The notes below the pieces were generated by a model. That model searched no databases. It had not been told where the DNA came from and saw only the letters and a list, made by a program, of their open reading frames with translations. A stretch of DNA of 64,000 nt from a bacterium (GTDB lineage: Bacteria > UBA8248 > JACPRG01 > G963555815), in contig OZ244653.1 in assembly GCA_965218795.1 (NCBI GenBank), positions 4,096,001-4,160,000 on the forward strand. The letters are read 5' to 3'. Positions 29,609-39,509 of the stretch are shown here, one piece after another. The position numbers were made by a program, and so were the translations under genes. Position 1 is the stretch's first letter; each line of letters begins with the position of its first letter.

Positions 29609-30772
29609 ATGAGACTCGCTGAGCGCATGAGCCGCTTGGGAACGGAGTCGGCATTCGAGGTGCTGGCCAAGGCCAAGGCGCTGGAGGCCCAGGGCAGGAA
29701 AATCATTCACATGGAAATCGGCGAGCCCGATTTCGACACCCCTTCGCACATCGGGGAGGCGGCCTATCAGGCCATCCAGGACGGATACACCCATTACGGC
29801 CCGTCCGCGGGATTGATGGAATGCCGCGAGGCCATCGCAAATTATTTCAATGACCGATACGGGCAGGGCTACGGGCCGCAGCACATCGTCGTCGCGCCCG
29901 GTGCGAAGCCCTTTTTGTTCTACGCCATCCTCGCGCTGGCCGGGGAGGGCGATGAGGTCATCTATCCCAATCCCGGATTTCCCGTCTATGAATCCGTGGC
30001 AGACTTCGCGGGCGCCAAGGCCGTCCCCCTGCCGCTTCTTGAAGAGAACGACTTCGCCTTCTCGCTGGAGGATGTCGCCTCCCGCGTCACCCCCAACACC
30101 CGCCTTCTGATCCTGAATTACCCCCACAACCCTACAGGCGGGATCCTCGGCAAGGCGCTTCTGGAGGGGATCGCGAAACTCGCTATGGACAACGATTTCG
30201 TCGTCCTGGCTGACGAGGTCTACTCCCGCATGGTCTATGACGGAGAGCATTTCAGCATCGTCCAGGTGCCGGGGATGAAGGACCGGACGATCCTGCTGGA
30301 TGGCTTCTCCAAGACTTACGCCATGACCGGATGGCGGCTGGGCTTTATTGCCGCGCCCGAAGATCTGGCCGAGCCGATCACCAAGCTCATCACGAACAGC
30401 GTCTCCTGCACGGCCAGCTTCGAGCAGATCGCCGGCATAACGGCGCTGACCGGCCCGCAGGGTGAGGTCGACACCATGGTGGAAGAGTTTCACCGGCGTC
30501 GCGACATGATCGTCAAGGGATTGAACGAGATCGAAGGGGTGAGCTGCAGGAATCCGGGCGGGGCCTTCTATGTCTTTCCCAATGTGCGGGAGGTCCCGAT
30601 GGAGCCGGAAGGTCTGGCCCCCTATCTGATGAACGAAGCGGGTGTCGCTTGCCTTCCGGGCACCTCGTTTGGAGAATACGGGAAAGGACACCTCAGGTTC
30701 TCCTACGCCGTTTCCCATAAGGAGCTCGAAGAGGCCCTGACCAACATGGACAAAGCCATCAGCCGGATCTAG
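29609..30772 (+). CDS. Class I/II PLP aminotransferase (aspartate aminotransferase-like)
   Basis: IGEPDFDTP, NYPHNPTG, DEVY, SKTYAMTGWRLG, GAFYVF. Confidence 0.92.
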   Translation: MRLAERMSRLGTESAFEVLAKAKALEAQGRKIIHMEIGEPDFDTPSHIGEAAYQAIQDGYTHYGPSAGLMECREAIANYFNDRYGQGYGPQHIVVAPGAKPFLFYAILALAGEGDEVIYPNPGFPVYESVADFAGAKAVPLPLLEENDFAFSLEDVASRVTPNTRLLILNYPHNPTGGILGKALLEGIAKLAMDNDFVVLADEVYSRMVYDGEHFSIVQVPGMKDRTILLDGFSKTYAMTGWRLGFIAAPEDLAEPITKLITNSVSCTASFEQIAGITALTGPQGEVDTMVEEFHRRRDMIVKGLNEIEGVSCRNPGGAFYVFPNVREVPMEPEGLAPYLMNEAGVACLPGTSFGEYGKGHLRFSYAVSHKELEEALTNMDKAISRI

Positions 30773-30792
30773 GCGTTCGGGGAGGGAGTGAA

Positions 30793-31791
30793 ATGGCCAA
30801 AAAGAAACCCGAGGTGCTGGTGACCCGTCTTCTGCCGAAGGCGGCGATGGACATGGTGAAGAAAGCGGTTCATGCCGAGATCAACCCCCACGATCGCCCC
30901 ATGACGCGCAGGGAGCTGTTACGGGGTCTGAAGGGCAAGGACGGTGTCTTGTCGCTCCTCAACGACCGTATGGACGGGGAGGCCATGGACGCCGCCGGGC
31001 CCCAGCTCAAAGTCATCGCCAATTATGCCGTCGGCTTCAACAATATCGTCGTCCCCGACGCGACCGACCGCGGCATCGTGGTGACGAATACGCCCGAGGT
31101 TCTCACCGAGACGACGGCCGATATGGCCTGGACGCTGATCATGGCCACCTCTCGCCGCGTCGCCGAAGGCGACGCCTTCCTCCGGGCCGGGAAGGCCTGG
31201 GACTGGGCGCCCCTGATGATGCTCGGTGCGGACGTCTACGGGAAGACGCTGGGAATTCTGGGGTTGGGCCGAATCGGCCAGGCCGTGGCGCGCCGCGCCC
31301 AGGGCTTCAACATGAAGGTCATCTATTACGACGCCTTCCGCCAGAAACCCCATATCGAGAAAGATCTTCGGGTTCAGTTCAAGCCGTTCGAGACGGTGAT
31401 CCGGCAGGCCGATATCATCTCCGTCCACACGCCGCTGATGAAAGAGACCGTTCACCTGATTGACGCGAAGGTCTTCAAGGCCATGAAGAAAACGGCCTAC
31501 CTGGTGAACACCTCGCGCGGACCGGTCGTGAACGAGGCCGCGCTCGCCCGGGCCCTCCGGCGGGGAGACATCGCCGGGGCGGGGATTGACGTCTTCGAGG
31601 AGGAGCCCAAGGTCCATCCCGAACTCGTCAAATGCCGTAACGCGGTCATCACGCCGCACATCGCATCGGCCACCATTGAAACGAGGACGGCCATGGGGAC
31701 CCTGGCGGCCTCGAATCTCATCGCGGTGCTGAACGCGCGCAAGCCCAAGACCCCCGTCAACCCGGAGGTCTGGCCGAAGCGCCGGAAGTGA
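30793..31791 (+). CDS. D-glycerate dehydrogenase/glyoxylate reductase (D-2-hydroxyacid dehydrogenase)
   Basis: AVGFNN, NTPEVL, GLGRIG, NTSRG, DVFEEEP, PHIASA. Confidence 0.92.
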   Translation: MAKKKPEVLVTRLLPKAAMDMVKKAVHAEINPHDRPMTRRELLRGLKGKDGVLSLLNDRMDGEAMDAAGPQLKVIANYAVGFNNIVVPDATDRGIVVTNTPEVLTETTADMAWTLIMATSRRVAEGDAFLRAGKAWDWAPLMMLGADVYGKTLGILGLGRIGQAVARRAQGFNMKVIYYDAFRQKPHIEKDLRVQFKPFETVIRQADIISVHTPLMKETVHLIDAKVFKAMKKTAYLVNTSRGPVVNEAALARALRRGDIAGAGIDVFEEEPKVHPELVKCRNAVITPHIASATIETRTAMGTLAASNLIAVLNARKPKTPVNPEVWPKRRK

Positions 31792-32084
31792 GCCAGCACC
31801 GAGAGAACGCCTGAGGATATTCTCCCCCCGATTAAGGCATTCGGGGGCAGGCTGCGAGCCGCCGTACCATGTCAAGTGCGGGGCGATTTTCTTCATCTCG
31901 AAGCATCCATTTCCGGACAGATCATCCGCCTGTCCCCCCCTATGGGGGCGCAGGCGCGCTTTACGGGATACCCGGTCGCGGGATGATCCCGTCGGGTGCG
32001 GGCCATGTCCGCCCCATCGGGGATTTTCGGCCCTGTTGGTCCCGACGGTTTGATTCAGCGATAAGTGCCGGGAAAGCTCCTGTT

Positions 32085-32110
32085 GTCATTCCTGCGCAAG
32101 CAGGAATCCA
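32085..32110 (+). repeat. REP-like palindromic element (single copy)
   Basis: GTCATTCCTGCGCAAGCAGGAATCCA, identical to 61726-61751; lies between convergent genes. Confidence 0.85.
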
Positions 32111-32147
32111 TTGGATGAAAATACTTGGCGGGTGGGATTTCGGGCGG

Positions 32148-33692
32148 TTATTTGGCGTCCTTGAGCTTGAACCGGAACCGTCTCGTGGCCCAGAAACTTC
32201 GATCGGGTTTCTTGCCGCTGAATTCGAAACGCCAAGTGCGTGCGGACTGGCGGGCCGCGCGGTCAAGCAGTTCATGGCCGGATGATTTGGTGGTCTCGAC
32301 CTTCCCGACCCGGCCCGTTGGAAGTATCTCTATCCGAAGGATCACGACCCCTTCCTCGCCGCGCCTCTTCGCTTCCTTCGGGTAATCGGGCTTCTTCCCC
32401 TTCAGAATATGGAACTTGGGCGGTCCGCCGGATCCGATCGATTGCCCCAGGGTCGCACGCGGCGGCCGGACCGGGGATATGCCTTTGATCGGTTTCTTCT
32501 TCGGATGGGGGCGCACGAGAGAAACCGATGGCTGAGCGATCGCGGTCCTCTTCTTGCTGACGGGCGGGGTTGCTTCCGTTTTGCTGACCGCGACATCGGG
32601 GAGAGACTGCGCCGGCTTGCTGACGGGCGGGGTTGCTTCCGTTTTGCTGACCGCGACATCGGGGGGAGGCTGCGTCGGCTTGCTGACGGGCGGGGTTGCT
32701 TCCGTTTTGCTGACCGCGACATCAGGGAGAGACTGCGTCGGCTTGCTGACGGGCGGGGGCGCTTCCGTTTTGCTGACCGCGACATCGGGGGGAGGCTGCG
32801 TCGGCTTGCTGACGGGCGGGGTTGCTTCCGTTTTGCTGACCGCGACATCAGGGAGAGACTGCGTCGGCTTGCTGACGGGCCGGGGGGCTTCCGTTTTGCT
32901 GACCGCGACATCGGGGAGAGACTGCGTCGGCTTGCTGACGGGCGGGGTTGCTTCCGTTTTGCTGACCGCGACTTCAGGGGGAGACTGCGTCGGCTTGCTG
33001 ACGGGCGGGGTTGCTTCCGTTTTGCTGACCGCGACTTCAGGGGGAGGCTGCGTCGGCTTGCTGACGGGCGGGGGCGCTTCCGTTTTGCTGACCGCGACAT
33101 CGGGGGGAGGCTGCGTCGGCTTGCTGACGGGCGGGGTTACTTCCGTTTTGCTGACCGCGACATCGGGGCGAGGCTGCGTCGGCTTGCTGACGGGCGGGGT
33201 TGCTTCCGTTTTGCTGACCGCGACATCGGGGAGAGACTGCGTCGGCTTGCTGACGGGCGGGGTTGCTTCCGTTTTGCTGACCGCGACCACGGGGGGAGAC
33301 TGCGTCGGCGCCTCCGGGGGCCGGTGGGCCGGTTGCTTCCGTGCTCGGGCCACCGCCGGGACCGGCTGCTTCCGGGGGGCCGGAGATATATGCCTTGCCT
33401 CTTCCTTCTTCACCCGCGAAGGGGGAATCAGACGGGCCGGCGGGTTAGAATCCAGGGCCTGGGGCGTGGCTTTTGCGACGCGGGGGGCCGGCAGCGGCTG
33501 TTTCGCTCTCCTGGACTGCTTCCGGCTCTTCCGGACGCCGGTGGAGGCTTGAACGGCGGGCGACATCGGCGTCACCCTGAGCGAAACCTTGACCTCCCGC
33601 TTGGCGGGAGGCGGGTTGGTCAGCCATTCAGCCACCCAGGGAAGCGCCAGGAGGTGGATCCCGGCCGAAAGACCGATCATTTTCCGCATCAT
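32148..33692 (-). CDS. tonB: TonB-family energy transducer with an expanded Pro-rich repeat linker
   Basis: N-terminal TM helix with SxxxH (SAGIH); C-terminal PDYPKEAKRRGEEGVV...SSG..LLD.AA...WRF. Confidence 0.88.
   Translation of the reverse strand: MMRKMIGLSAGIHLLALPWVAEWLTNPPPAKREVKVSLRVTPMSPAVQASTGVRKSRKQSRRAKQPLPAPRVAKATPQALDSNPPARLIPPSRVKKEEARHISPAPRKQPVPAVARARKQPAHRPPEAPTQSPPVVAVSKTEATPPVSKPTQSLPDVAVSKTEATPPVSKPTQPRPDVAVSKTEVTPPVSKPTQPPPDVAVSKTEAPPPVSKPTQPPPEVAVSKTEATPPVSKPTQSPPEVAVSKTEATPPVSKPTQSLPDVAVSKTEAPRPVSKPTQSLPDVAVSKTEATPPVSKPTQPPPDVAVSKTEAPPPVSKPTQSLPDVAVSKTEATPPVSKPTQPPPDVAVSKTEATPPVSKPAQSLPDVAVSKTEATPPVSKKRTAIAQPSVSLVRPHPKKKPIKGISPVRPPRATLGQSIGSGGPPKFHILKGKKPDYPKEAKRRGEEGVVILRIEILPTGRVGKVETTKSSGHELLDRAARQSARTWRFEFSGKKPDRSFWATRRFRFKLKDAK
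32553..33308 (-). repeat. Coding tandem repeat, 12 x 63 bp (PTQSLPDVAVSKTEATPPVSK)
   Basis: Twelve near-identical units counted directly; no unique spacers. Confidence 0.95.
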
Positions 33693-33755
33693 CGGCTTTG
33701 CCCTGAAAGTTCCGGTGATCCCATGAGCGAAACCCGTTACGTTCCCGCGTCGGGA

Positions 33756-35786
33756 TTACTTCTTGGGTTGAGGGCCGAACTCGAGGCGCAGGCCCCCGAA
33801 GGCCGTAATGCCCGGGCTGCTGAAACCGAACGCCTCTTCGTATTCCTGATCCAATAAGTTCTTCGCGAAAAACTCGAGATGGACGGCTCGGACGACTTCC
33901 ATTGTCCAAGGGAGTCGGTAAGCAAGATTGAGGTCCACCCGCTCATACCCCTTCAGCGTGACCCGGGCCGCAGGAAACGTGGAAAAATTCGCGTCCTTCG
34001 AATCACCGACCAGCAGGGCCGATATGTTCCCGTTGAAATTCTTGTAGCGGTAGCCGACGCGGAGGGTCCCCCGGTGCTTGGGCCGTCGAACCATCTGCCC
34101 CCCCGGCGTGAAAACGGCCCCGGCTCCGGCTCCCGCCTTGACCACCTCGGTGTCCGTAAAGGTATAGCTCCCGTTGATCGTCACGCCGTAGCCTGGATGG
34201 AGGGTCGCGGTCGCCTCCACCCCTCTGGCCAGAACCTTCTGAATGTTGAAGAAATTGGGACCGGGGCCGCCGAGGAAGGCGAAGAGGTCCTCAAAGCGCG
34301 TGTAGAAAAACGTCGCGCCGGCCTGGATCTTCCTCCCTTTGAAGTTCTGATCGATTCCCAGTTCGAACCCCCTGGATTTCTCCGGCTCGAGATTCGGATT
34401 TCCGACCGTGCCGCTTCCGCCGAAGACTTGCAGGAAGCTGGGCGACTTGATCCCCTCAGAGTAGCCCGCGCGTAATTTCGTGCCCCACCTTCGAAGCAGG
34501 TACGCGGCCGTGACCTTAGGGTCGGTCGAGTCGCCGAATTTCTCATTGTCGGTAAAACGGACCCCCGGTGTGAGGTAGAGCCGATCGAAAAAAGTGAACT
34601 GGAATTGGGTGAAAACGGCGTAGTTGGTTCGGTCCAGTCCGGTTCGGGAAACCGAAGGGGTTCCGAGAAACTCCGATATGGAGTGGCTCTTGAAGATTTC
34701 GTGTTCGACGGCGAACCCCAGGGTGGGACGGACCGCTGTGGGCTCCGGTTCCCAGGGACCGAAATGCCAGAGATAGTCCGCAGTGACGCGCTCTTCCCGG
34801 GTGTTGGTATCGGAGGAGCCGAAGAGGTCGATTCCCGCATCCTCCGGATCGGCCGAGCGTCGGTTTTCCCTGTTGTAGCCGATTTGAAGCACGTGCTCCC
34901 ACCAGGGAAGAACCAGGGCCTCGACCCGAGGGCTCAAGACGAACCGCTCGGTGTCGGCGAACTGGTTGGGGTCGAGCGGATCGAACCGATCGCCCGCACC
35001 TCCGGTCGGAAAGGCGAACCTGGAATCCGAGTATCGGGTCGATAGTCGCGTCCTGAACCGCTTCCCGACCTTGTGGTCGGCCATCATCGAAACGTTGACG
35101 TTGTGGTACTGGTTGTTCACGCGTAGAAAGCCGTCGGTATGGGTCCCGCCGACGGCCGCGGAAAAGCCGAAATTTCTGTAACCGAACTGGAAGCTGCCGC
35201 CCCCCTCGATGGTCGTGTCGCTCCCTCCACGCAGGTAGGCGTCGGCCCCGGGCGCGCCGCGCCCCTTCCGCGTGAAGATCTGAATCACGGCGGCCATCGC
35301 GTCAGCGCCATAGAGTGCGCTTTGCGGGCCCCTCAGGATTTCGATGCGATCGATATTGTCGGCGGTCAGGTCGGCGAAGTTGAAGAAACCGCCGGAGTTG
35401 TTGACCTTGACCCCGTCGATGAGGACGAGGTTGTGGTCGGATTCGCCGCCCCGGGTGAACACGGAGGTGGCTGACCCGCGACCTCCGTTCTGGACAACAG
35501 CAAACCCGGGGACGTAGCGGAGGGCCTCCGGGACGTCCTGGCCGGTCTCGCGAAGCTGTTCCCCTGTAATGATCGTGACGGAGGCCCCGATCGTTTCGAC
35601 TTTTTTCTGCGTACGCGTGGCCGTGACAATCACCTCCGGCAACGCCGTTTCCTGCTGCGCCACGGCGGTGGGGGTACATCCGATGAAGATGCCGATGAGA
35701 AGCGCGGTGTGCAGACTTGCCTTCTTCAGGAGATTCCGGCTGCCGGAAGGACCGGTCTTTCTACGGGTGGGATGCGGCTTTGACAT
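33756..35786 (-). CDS. btuB: TonB-dependent receptor, BtuB-like
   Basis: TonB box EVIVTATR, VLIDG, RIEILRGPQSALYG, GNPNLEPE, NLLD..Y; directly behind a cobalamin riboswitch. Confidence 0.85.
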   Translation of the reverse strand: MSKPHPTRRKTGPSGSRNLLKKASLHTALLIGIFIGCTPTAVAQQETALPEVIVTATRTQKKVETIGASVTIITGEQLRETGQDVPEALRYVPGFAVVQNGGRGSATSVFTRGGESDHNLVLIDGVKVNNSGGFFNFADLTADNIDRIEILRGPQSALYGADAMAAVIQIFTRKGRGAPGADAYLRGGSDTTIEGGGSFQFGYRNFGFSAAVGGTHTDGFLRVNNQYHNVNVSMMADHKVGKRFRTRLSTRYSDSRFAFPTGGAGDRFDPLDPNQFADTERFVLSPRVEALVLPWWEHVLQIGYNRENRRSADPEDAGIDLFGSSDTNTREERVTADYLWHFGPWEPEPTAVRPTLGFAVEHEIFKSHSISEFLGTPSVSRTGLDRTNYAVFTQFQFTFFDRLYLTPGVRFTDNEKFGDSTDPKVTAAYLLRRWGTKLRAGYSEGIKSPSFLQVFGGSGTVGNPNLEPEKSRGFELGIDQNFKGRKIQAGATFFYTRFEDLFAFLGGPGPNFFNIQKVLARGVEATATLHPGYGVTINGSYTFTDTEVVKAGAGAGAVFTPGGQMVRRPKHRGTLRVGYRYKNFNGNISALLVGDSKDANFSTFPAARVTLKGYERVDLNLAYRLPWTMEVVRAVHLEFFAKNLLDQEYEEAFGFSSPGITAFGGLRLEFGPQPKK

Positions 35787-35789
35787 GGT

Positions 35790-35992
35790 CCAGTTCCTTT
35801 CCCCTCGGAAAGAGACACGGGATGCGAAGCCGGCGAGGTTTCCTGGCTCACGGATCGTCCTACTCCCCGCGCCTTCCCACCCGAACCGGGCAGTGGCAGG
35901 ATGCGGGTTTCGTCCCCGTTCACAGTTGCGGGGCAGCCGCGGATTTGCCGCTTTTCCGGCTCACCGCGTTCCCTCGTGACGGCACCAGAATG
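35790..35992 (-). promoter_or_regulatory. Cobalamin riboswitch 1 (before btuB)
   Basis: Minus strand AGGGAA-CGCGGTG...CCGCGGCTGCCCCGCAACTGT...GCCACTG...GGGAAG...GAGCCAGGAAACC, then a hairpin over the RBS. Confidence 0.93.
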
Positions 35993-36002
35993 GATCTGAA
36001 GC

Positions 36003-36737
36003 CTAGCAAGGATATCGGGATCGATCAATGCGAGAGGTCGAAAGCGCCTCGTTGTCCGGTCCGGAAGCGGGAAGGAGGTCGGCGAAATAACGGACATCGC
36101 GGAGGACGACCTCACCTGTCTTGACCGGAACGGGGTGTTGAAAGTTCGGGCCGTCGAAGACGAACGAATGGAACTCGCCGTTTTCGCCGCAGGGGTCCAC
36201 GTCCTTTGGGAGGTCCTGGAGCAGAGCCTCATCGATCGGCCGGCCGGCGAACGACTCATCCAGCTTTTGCCCGTCCACGCAGGAAAGGCGCGCCCGGAAG
36301 CCCAGGTCGATGAATAGGCGAGCCAGATCGGCGGTGTTCCGATGCCAAATCGGAAAATGGGCCCGCATCTCGACCTTGGCCAGGTTGGCCTCCCGGTAGG
36401 CCCGCAGGTCTTCCAGAAAGATGTCCCCGAAGGCCACTGTCCGGACGCCCTGTTCCCAGATCTCCAGCATCGTGCGTTTCATGAGAGATTCATAGACTTT
36501 GTTACTGACGTTCCGCCCGGGAAGATAGAGCTTGTGGAGGGGCACCCCGAGCGCCTCCGCCTGGAGGTCCAAGAGTTCGGTCCGGACTCCGTGATGGCTG
36601 ATACGCTCATATTCTTCGGCCACCGTGGTCAGGAGGGAAACCACCCGAAACCGTTCGTCCCGCTGGAGCTCATACAGCGACAGGGCGCTGTCTTTGCCCC
36701 CGCTCCAAGAAAGGACGATCTTTTCCGCCTGTGCCAC
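36003..36737 (-). CDS. DUF71/COG2102 (Dph6/MJ0570-like) PP-loop ATP-dependent amide ligase
   Basis: SWSGGKDS, FGDIFLE, DPCGENGEFHSFV.DGP; start reassigned to the GTG at 36737. Confidence 0.9.
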   Translation of the reverse strand: MAQAEKIVLSWSGGKDSALSLYELQRDERFRVVSLLTTVAEEYERISHHGVRTELLDLQAEALGVPLHKLYLPGRNVSNKVYESLMKRTMLEIWEQGVRTVAFGDIFLEDLRAYREANLAKVEMRAHFPIWHRNTADLARLFIDLGFRARLSCVDGQKLDESFAGRPIDEALLQDLPKDVDPCGENGEFHSFVFDGPNFQHPVPVKTGEVVLRDVRYFADLLPASGPDNEALSTSRIDRSRYPC

Positions 36738-36760
36738 CGCCGCTCCCTCCGGTTGCCGAC

Positions 36761-37558
36761 TCAGGGCGTCTTCGCCCCGTCGTCTTGAAGGCTTTCCGGG
36801 ATCACCACGCGGTGCTTTCCATCCTCGAGGACCGAGATAGCGACCCGATAGACCGGGTTCAAGACTTCCGGGCGAAGAATCTCCGCTGGCGTACCCTCGG
36901 CGATCAGGCGTCCCCCGTCCATCAGCAGAAGCCTGTCTGCGAACCGGCCCGCCAGGTTCAGGTCGTGGAGCACGGCGACGACCGATACGTCCGTATGAGC
37001 GCGCGCGCGCTCCAGGAGCCTGAGTGCGTGCTGAAGGTCCTGATCGGCCGTCGGCTCGTCCAGGAGGAGGACGCGCGCCTGCTGGGCCAGCGCCCGGGCA
37101 AAGAACACCCGGCGGCGCTCCCCGCCGGAGAGTTCCGTTACGGGACGGTCGACCCATTCCCCGGCATCCGCTTCCTTCAATGCCGAGTGTGCGATTTCCA
37201 GGTCCCGCGGGGATTCTGCATCCAGCCAGCGGAGGTGAGGGTGCCGGCCCATCAGGACCACGTCAAGGGCGGTGAAGGGGAAATCGACATGGGCTTCCTG
37301 AGGCAGGTAGGCAATGCGAAGCGCCCGTTCTCTGGAGCGGACCGAGAAGATATCCTGACCGTCCACGCGGACGCTGCCCGAGGACGGTTCAAGCAGGCCG
37401 GCCAGACAGCGGAGGAGGGAGGTCTTGCCCGCCCCGTTGGGGCCGATCACGGCGATCAGTTGACCCGGCGGCACCGCGATGCCGACGTCCCGGACGACAA
37501 CGCGATCCCCGAGCGCGGCAGAGATTCCGACGGCGACAAGACCGGGCGCGGCGCTCAT
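36761..37558 (-). CDS. Corrinoid/iron-chelate ABC transporter ATPase (BtuD-like)
   Basis: GPNGAGKT, LSGGE, LLLDEPT, VLHDLNLA. Confidence 0.92.
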   Translation of the reverse strand: MSAAPGLVAVGISAALGDRVVVRDVGIAVPPGQLIAVIGPNGAGKTSLLRCLAGLLEPSSGSVRVDGQDIFSVRSRERALRIAYLPQEAHVDFPFTALDVVLMGRHPHLRWLDAESPRDLEIAHSALKEADAGEWVDRPVTELSGGERRRVFFARALAQQARVLLLDEPTADQDLQHALRLLERARAHTDVSVVAVLHDLNLAGRFADRLLLMDGGRLIAEGTPAEILRPEVLNPVYRVAISVLEDGKHRVVIPESLQDDGAKTP

Positions 37559-38577
37559 GCGCGGATCTTCCTTTGCCGCAAGAGCAGGATCAGAAAAGCG
37601 GGCGCCCCCAGCAGCGCCATGATCACGCCGACCCGCACGTCGTACGGCCGAACGAGAATTCGTGATACCCAGTCGGCCAGCACGAGCAGGATGGCGCCCC
37701 CCAGAAAGCTGGCCGGAAGGAGGCGCCGATGGTCCGGGCCCACGATTCCGCGGGCCATGTGGGGGACCATCAACCCCACGAACCCGATGATCCCACTGAA
37801 CGCCACGGCCGCTCCTGTCACCAGTCCGTTGACTCCCAGGAGCAACACGCGAAAACGGCGAACGGGCAGCCCCAAGCTTCGGACCTCATCCTCCCCCAAG
37901 AGGAGAAGGTTCATGGCGCGTCCTGCGGATAGAGACGGGATCGTCCCTCCCAGGACAAAAACCGCCAGCACCCCCACTTCCGTCCAGCTCCGGACCTCCA
38001 GATTCCCCGCAAGCCAGAACAGGATGGCCCGGAGCCCCTCGACCTGGTGGGTGTGCAACAGAAGCAAAGAGATGAGTGCGCCCGCCAGGGAATTGATCGC
38101 CAGACCTGCCAGGAGGAGGACGAGCAGGTGCTCCGCGCGGCGGAGGTGCCCGACGGACAGGACCAGAACGGAGGCCCCCCATCCGCCGATGGCGGCGGCG
38201 ATGGGGATCGTCCACGCTCCCGCGAAGGACAACCCCAAAAAGATTGCCAGAACGGCGAAGAGTCCGCCGCCCGCGGAAACGCCCAGCAGTGCGGGGTCCG
38301 CGAGGGGGTTTCGGAAGGCCGCCTGCATCCAGACGCCGCAGGTGGCCAGCCCACCGCCGATGAGTGCGGCCTTGATCACCCGGGGGAGTCGAATCCGCAG
38401 GAGGATGGCCGCTTCTTCCGGACTGGTCCCGGCGTCGACCGGCAGGCCGATCCCCCAGAGAAGCGTTTTGAGGGATGGGAAAAAACCGATCGTCACGGGG
38501 CCTGAGACGATCCCCAGAAGGAGGGCTCCCGCAAGGATGAGCAGGCCGATCCACGTCACGTGGGTCTGTCGGGTCAT
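37555..38577 (-). CDS. FecCD/BtuC-family ABC permease
   Basis: RLPR, RNPLADP..LG, GIIGFVGL.VPH, G......GAP.F. Confidence 0.92.
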   Translation of the reverse strand: MTRQTHVTWIGLLILAGALLLGIVSGPVTIGFFPSLKTLLWGIGLPVDAGTSPEEAAILLRIRLPRVIKAALIGGGLATCGVWMQAAFRNPLADPALLGVSAGGGLFAVLAIFLGLSFAGAWTIPIAAAIGGWGASVLVLSVGHLRRAEHLLVLLLAGLAINSLAGALISLLLLHTHQVEGLRAILFWLAGNLEVRSWTEVGVLAVFVLGGTIPSLSAGRAMNLLLLGEDEVRSLGLPVRRFRVLLLGVNGLVTGAAVAFSGIIGFVGLMVPHMARGIVGPDHRRLLPASFLGGAILLVLADWVSRILVRPYDVRVGVIMALLGAPAFLILLLRQRKIRA

Positions 38578-39506
38578 GGCTGGACGGCCCGGAGTTTCTC
38601 CGCCAACATGTGGATCGCGCCTGCAGAGCTCGGAGAGACAGACGTCAGAAGGCGGAATGGCATGACGATTTCTTTTGGGGGAGGCCGCCCCGATAGAACC
38701 TGATAGAGCCGCAGGATGTGCGGGTCAACCGGAGAGTAGGAGGTCCGCAGGAGGACGTCCGGTCTCGCCGCCAGCCATTCCTCCGGCGACAGCCGCCCGA
38801 TCCCCTTGATCCTTTCGGAAGCCGCGTTGATACCGCCCGCCCGGACGATCAGGTCGTTGATGATCGTTCCGGTTCCCTGCGAATAGCCGCTGGGGCCCGC
38901 GAACAAGACCCGGGATTTTTTTCGGTTGATGTGTCCATACCGGGCGGATTCACGAAGGACGCGATTCATGTTCCGGATGATCGTCTCTCCCTTCAGGGGC
39001 TCGGCGACCGCGGCGGCAACCTGCCGGACGGACCGCTGCACCCCGTCCATCGAATCAAAACCCGAGATGGCGACGACACGGCACCCGAGGGCGCGGAGGG
39101 CCTCCAGCTTCTCGGGGTTGTTGAACGTGCCGCCCACAATGAGATCCGGCCGCAGGGCGGCCACCTCTTCGACGCTGCGCGCCGTGTGCCTGGGATAACG
39201 CAGGGCCTTATCGGCGACATTCGAGTACGCAGGGTCGTCGGACAGATATGTGAGCCCCGCTACGCGCCCGGGTGGAACCAGGTCAACCAGAATTTCATCC
39301 GTTCCCAGGCTGAGGCTCACGATGCGCCGGGGCTGTTCTCCCGGAGCCGGGCAGACGGGCGGAAGGGATTGGATGTTGCGATAAAGGCCGATAGCCGCGA
39401 GGAGGCAGACGACGGTCGTGGCCGAGAAGCGGACCGTCTTCAGCCGATTTCCGGTGGGGGACCGTAACGCATTCTTCGGGCTTTTGAGAGCGGCTGCTGG
39501 AGGCAA
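38574..39506 (-). CDS. BtuF-like ABC substrate-binding protein
   Basis: PRRIVSL, E....L.PDL, AGGIN; TTG start behind riboswitch 2. Confidence 0.85.
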   Translation of the reverse strand: MPPAAALKSPKNALRSPTGNRLKTVRFSATTVVCLLAAIGLYRNIQSLPPVCPAPGEQPRRIVSLSLGTDEILVDLVPPGRVAGLTYLSDDPAYSNVADKALRYPRHTARSVEEVAALRPDLIVGGTFNNPEKLEALRALGCRVVAISGFDSMDGVQRSVRQVAAAVAEPLKGETIIRNMNRVLRESARYGHINRKKSRVLFAGPSGYSQGTGTIINDLIVRAGGINAASERIKGIGRLSPEEWLAARPDVLLRTSYSPVDPHILRLYQVLSGRPPPKEIVMPFRLLTSVSPSSAGAIHMLAEKLRAVQP

Positions 39507-39509
39507 TTT

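Noticed and set aside
32553-33308. Possible CRISPR array
   Set aside because: Contiguous 63-bp units with no unique spacers, in frame within tonB; no cas genes
32409-33857. Repetitive + strand ORFs (482 aa and 332 aa)
   Set aside because: Antisense shadows of the tonB repeat; the minus-strand frame has the recognisable domains
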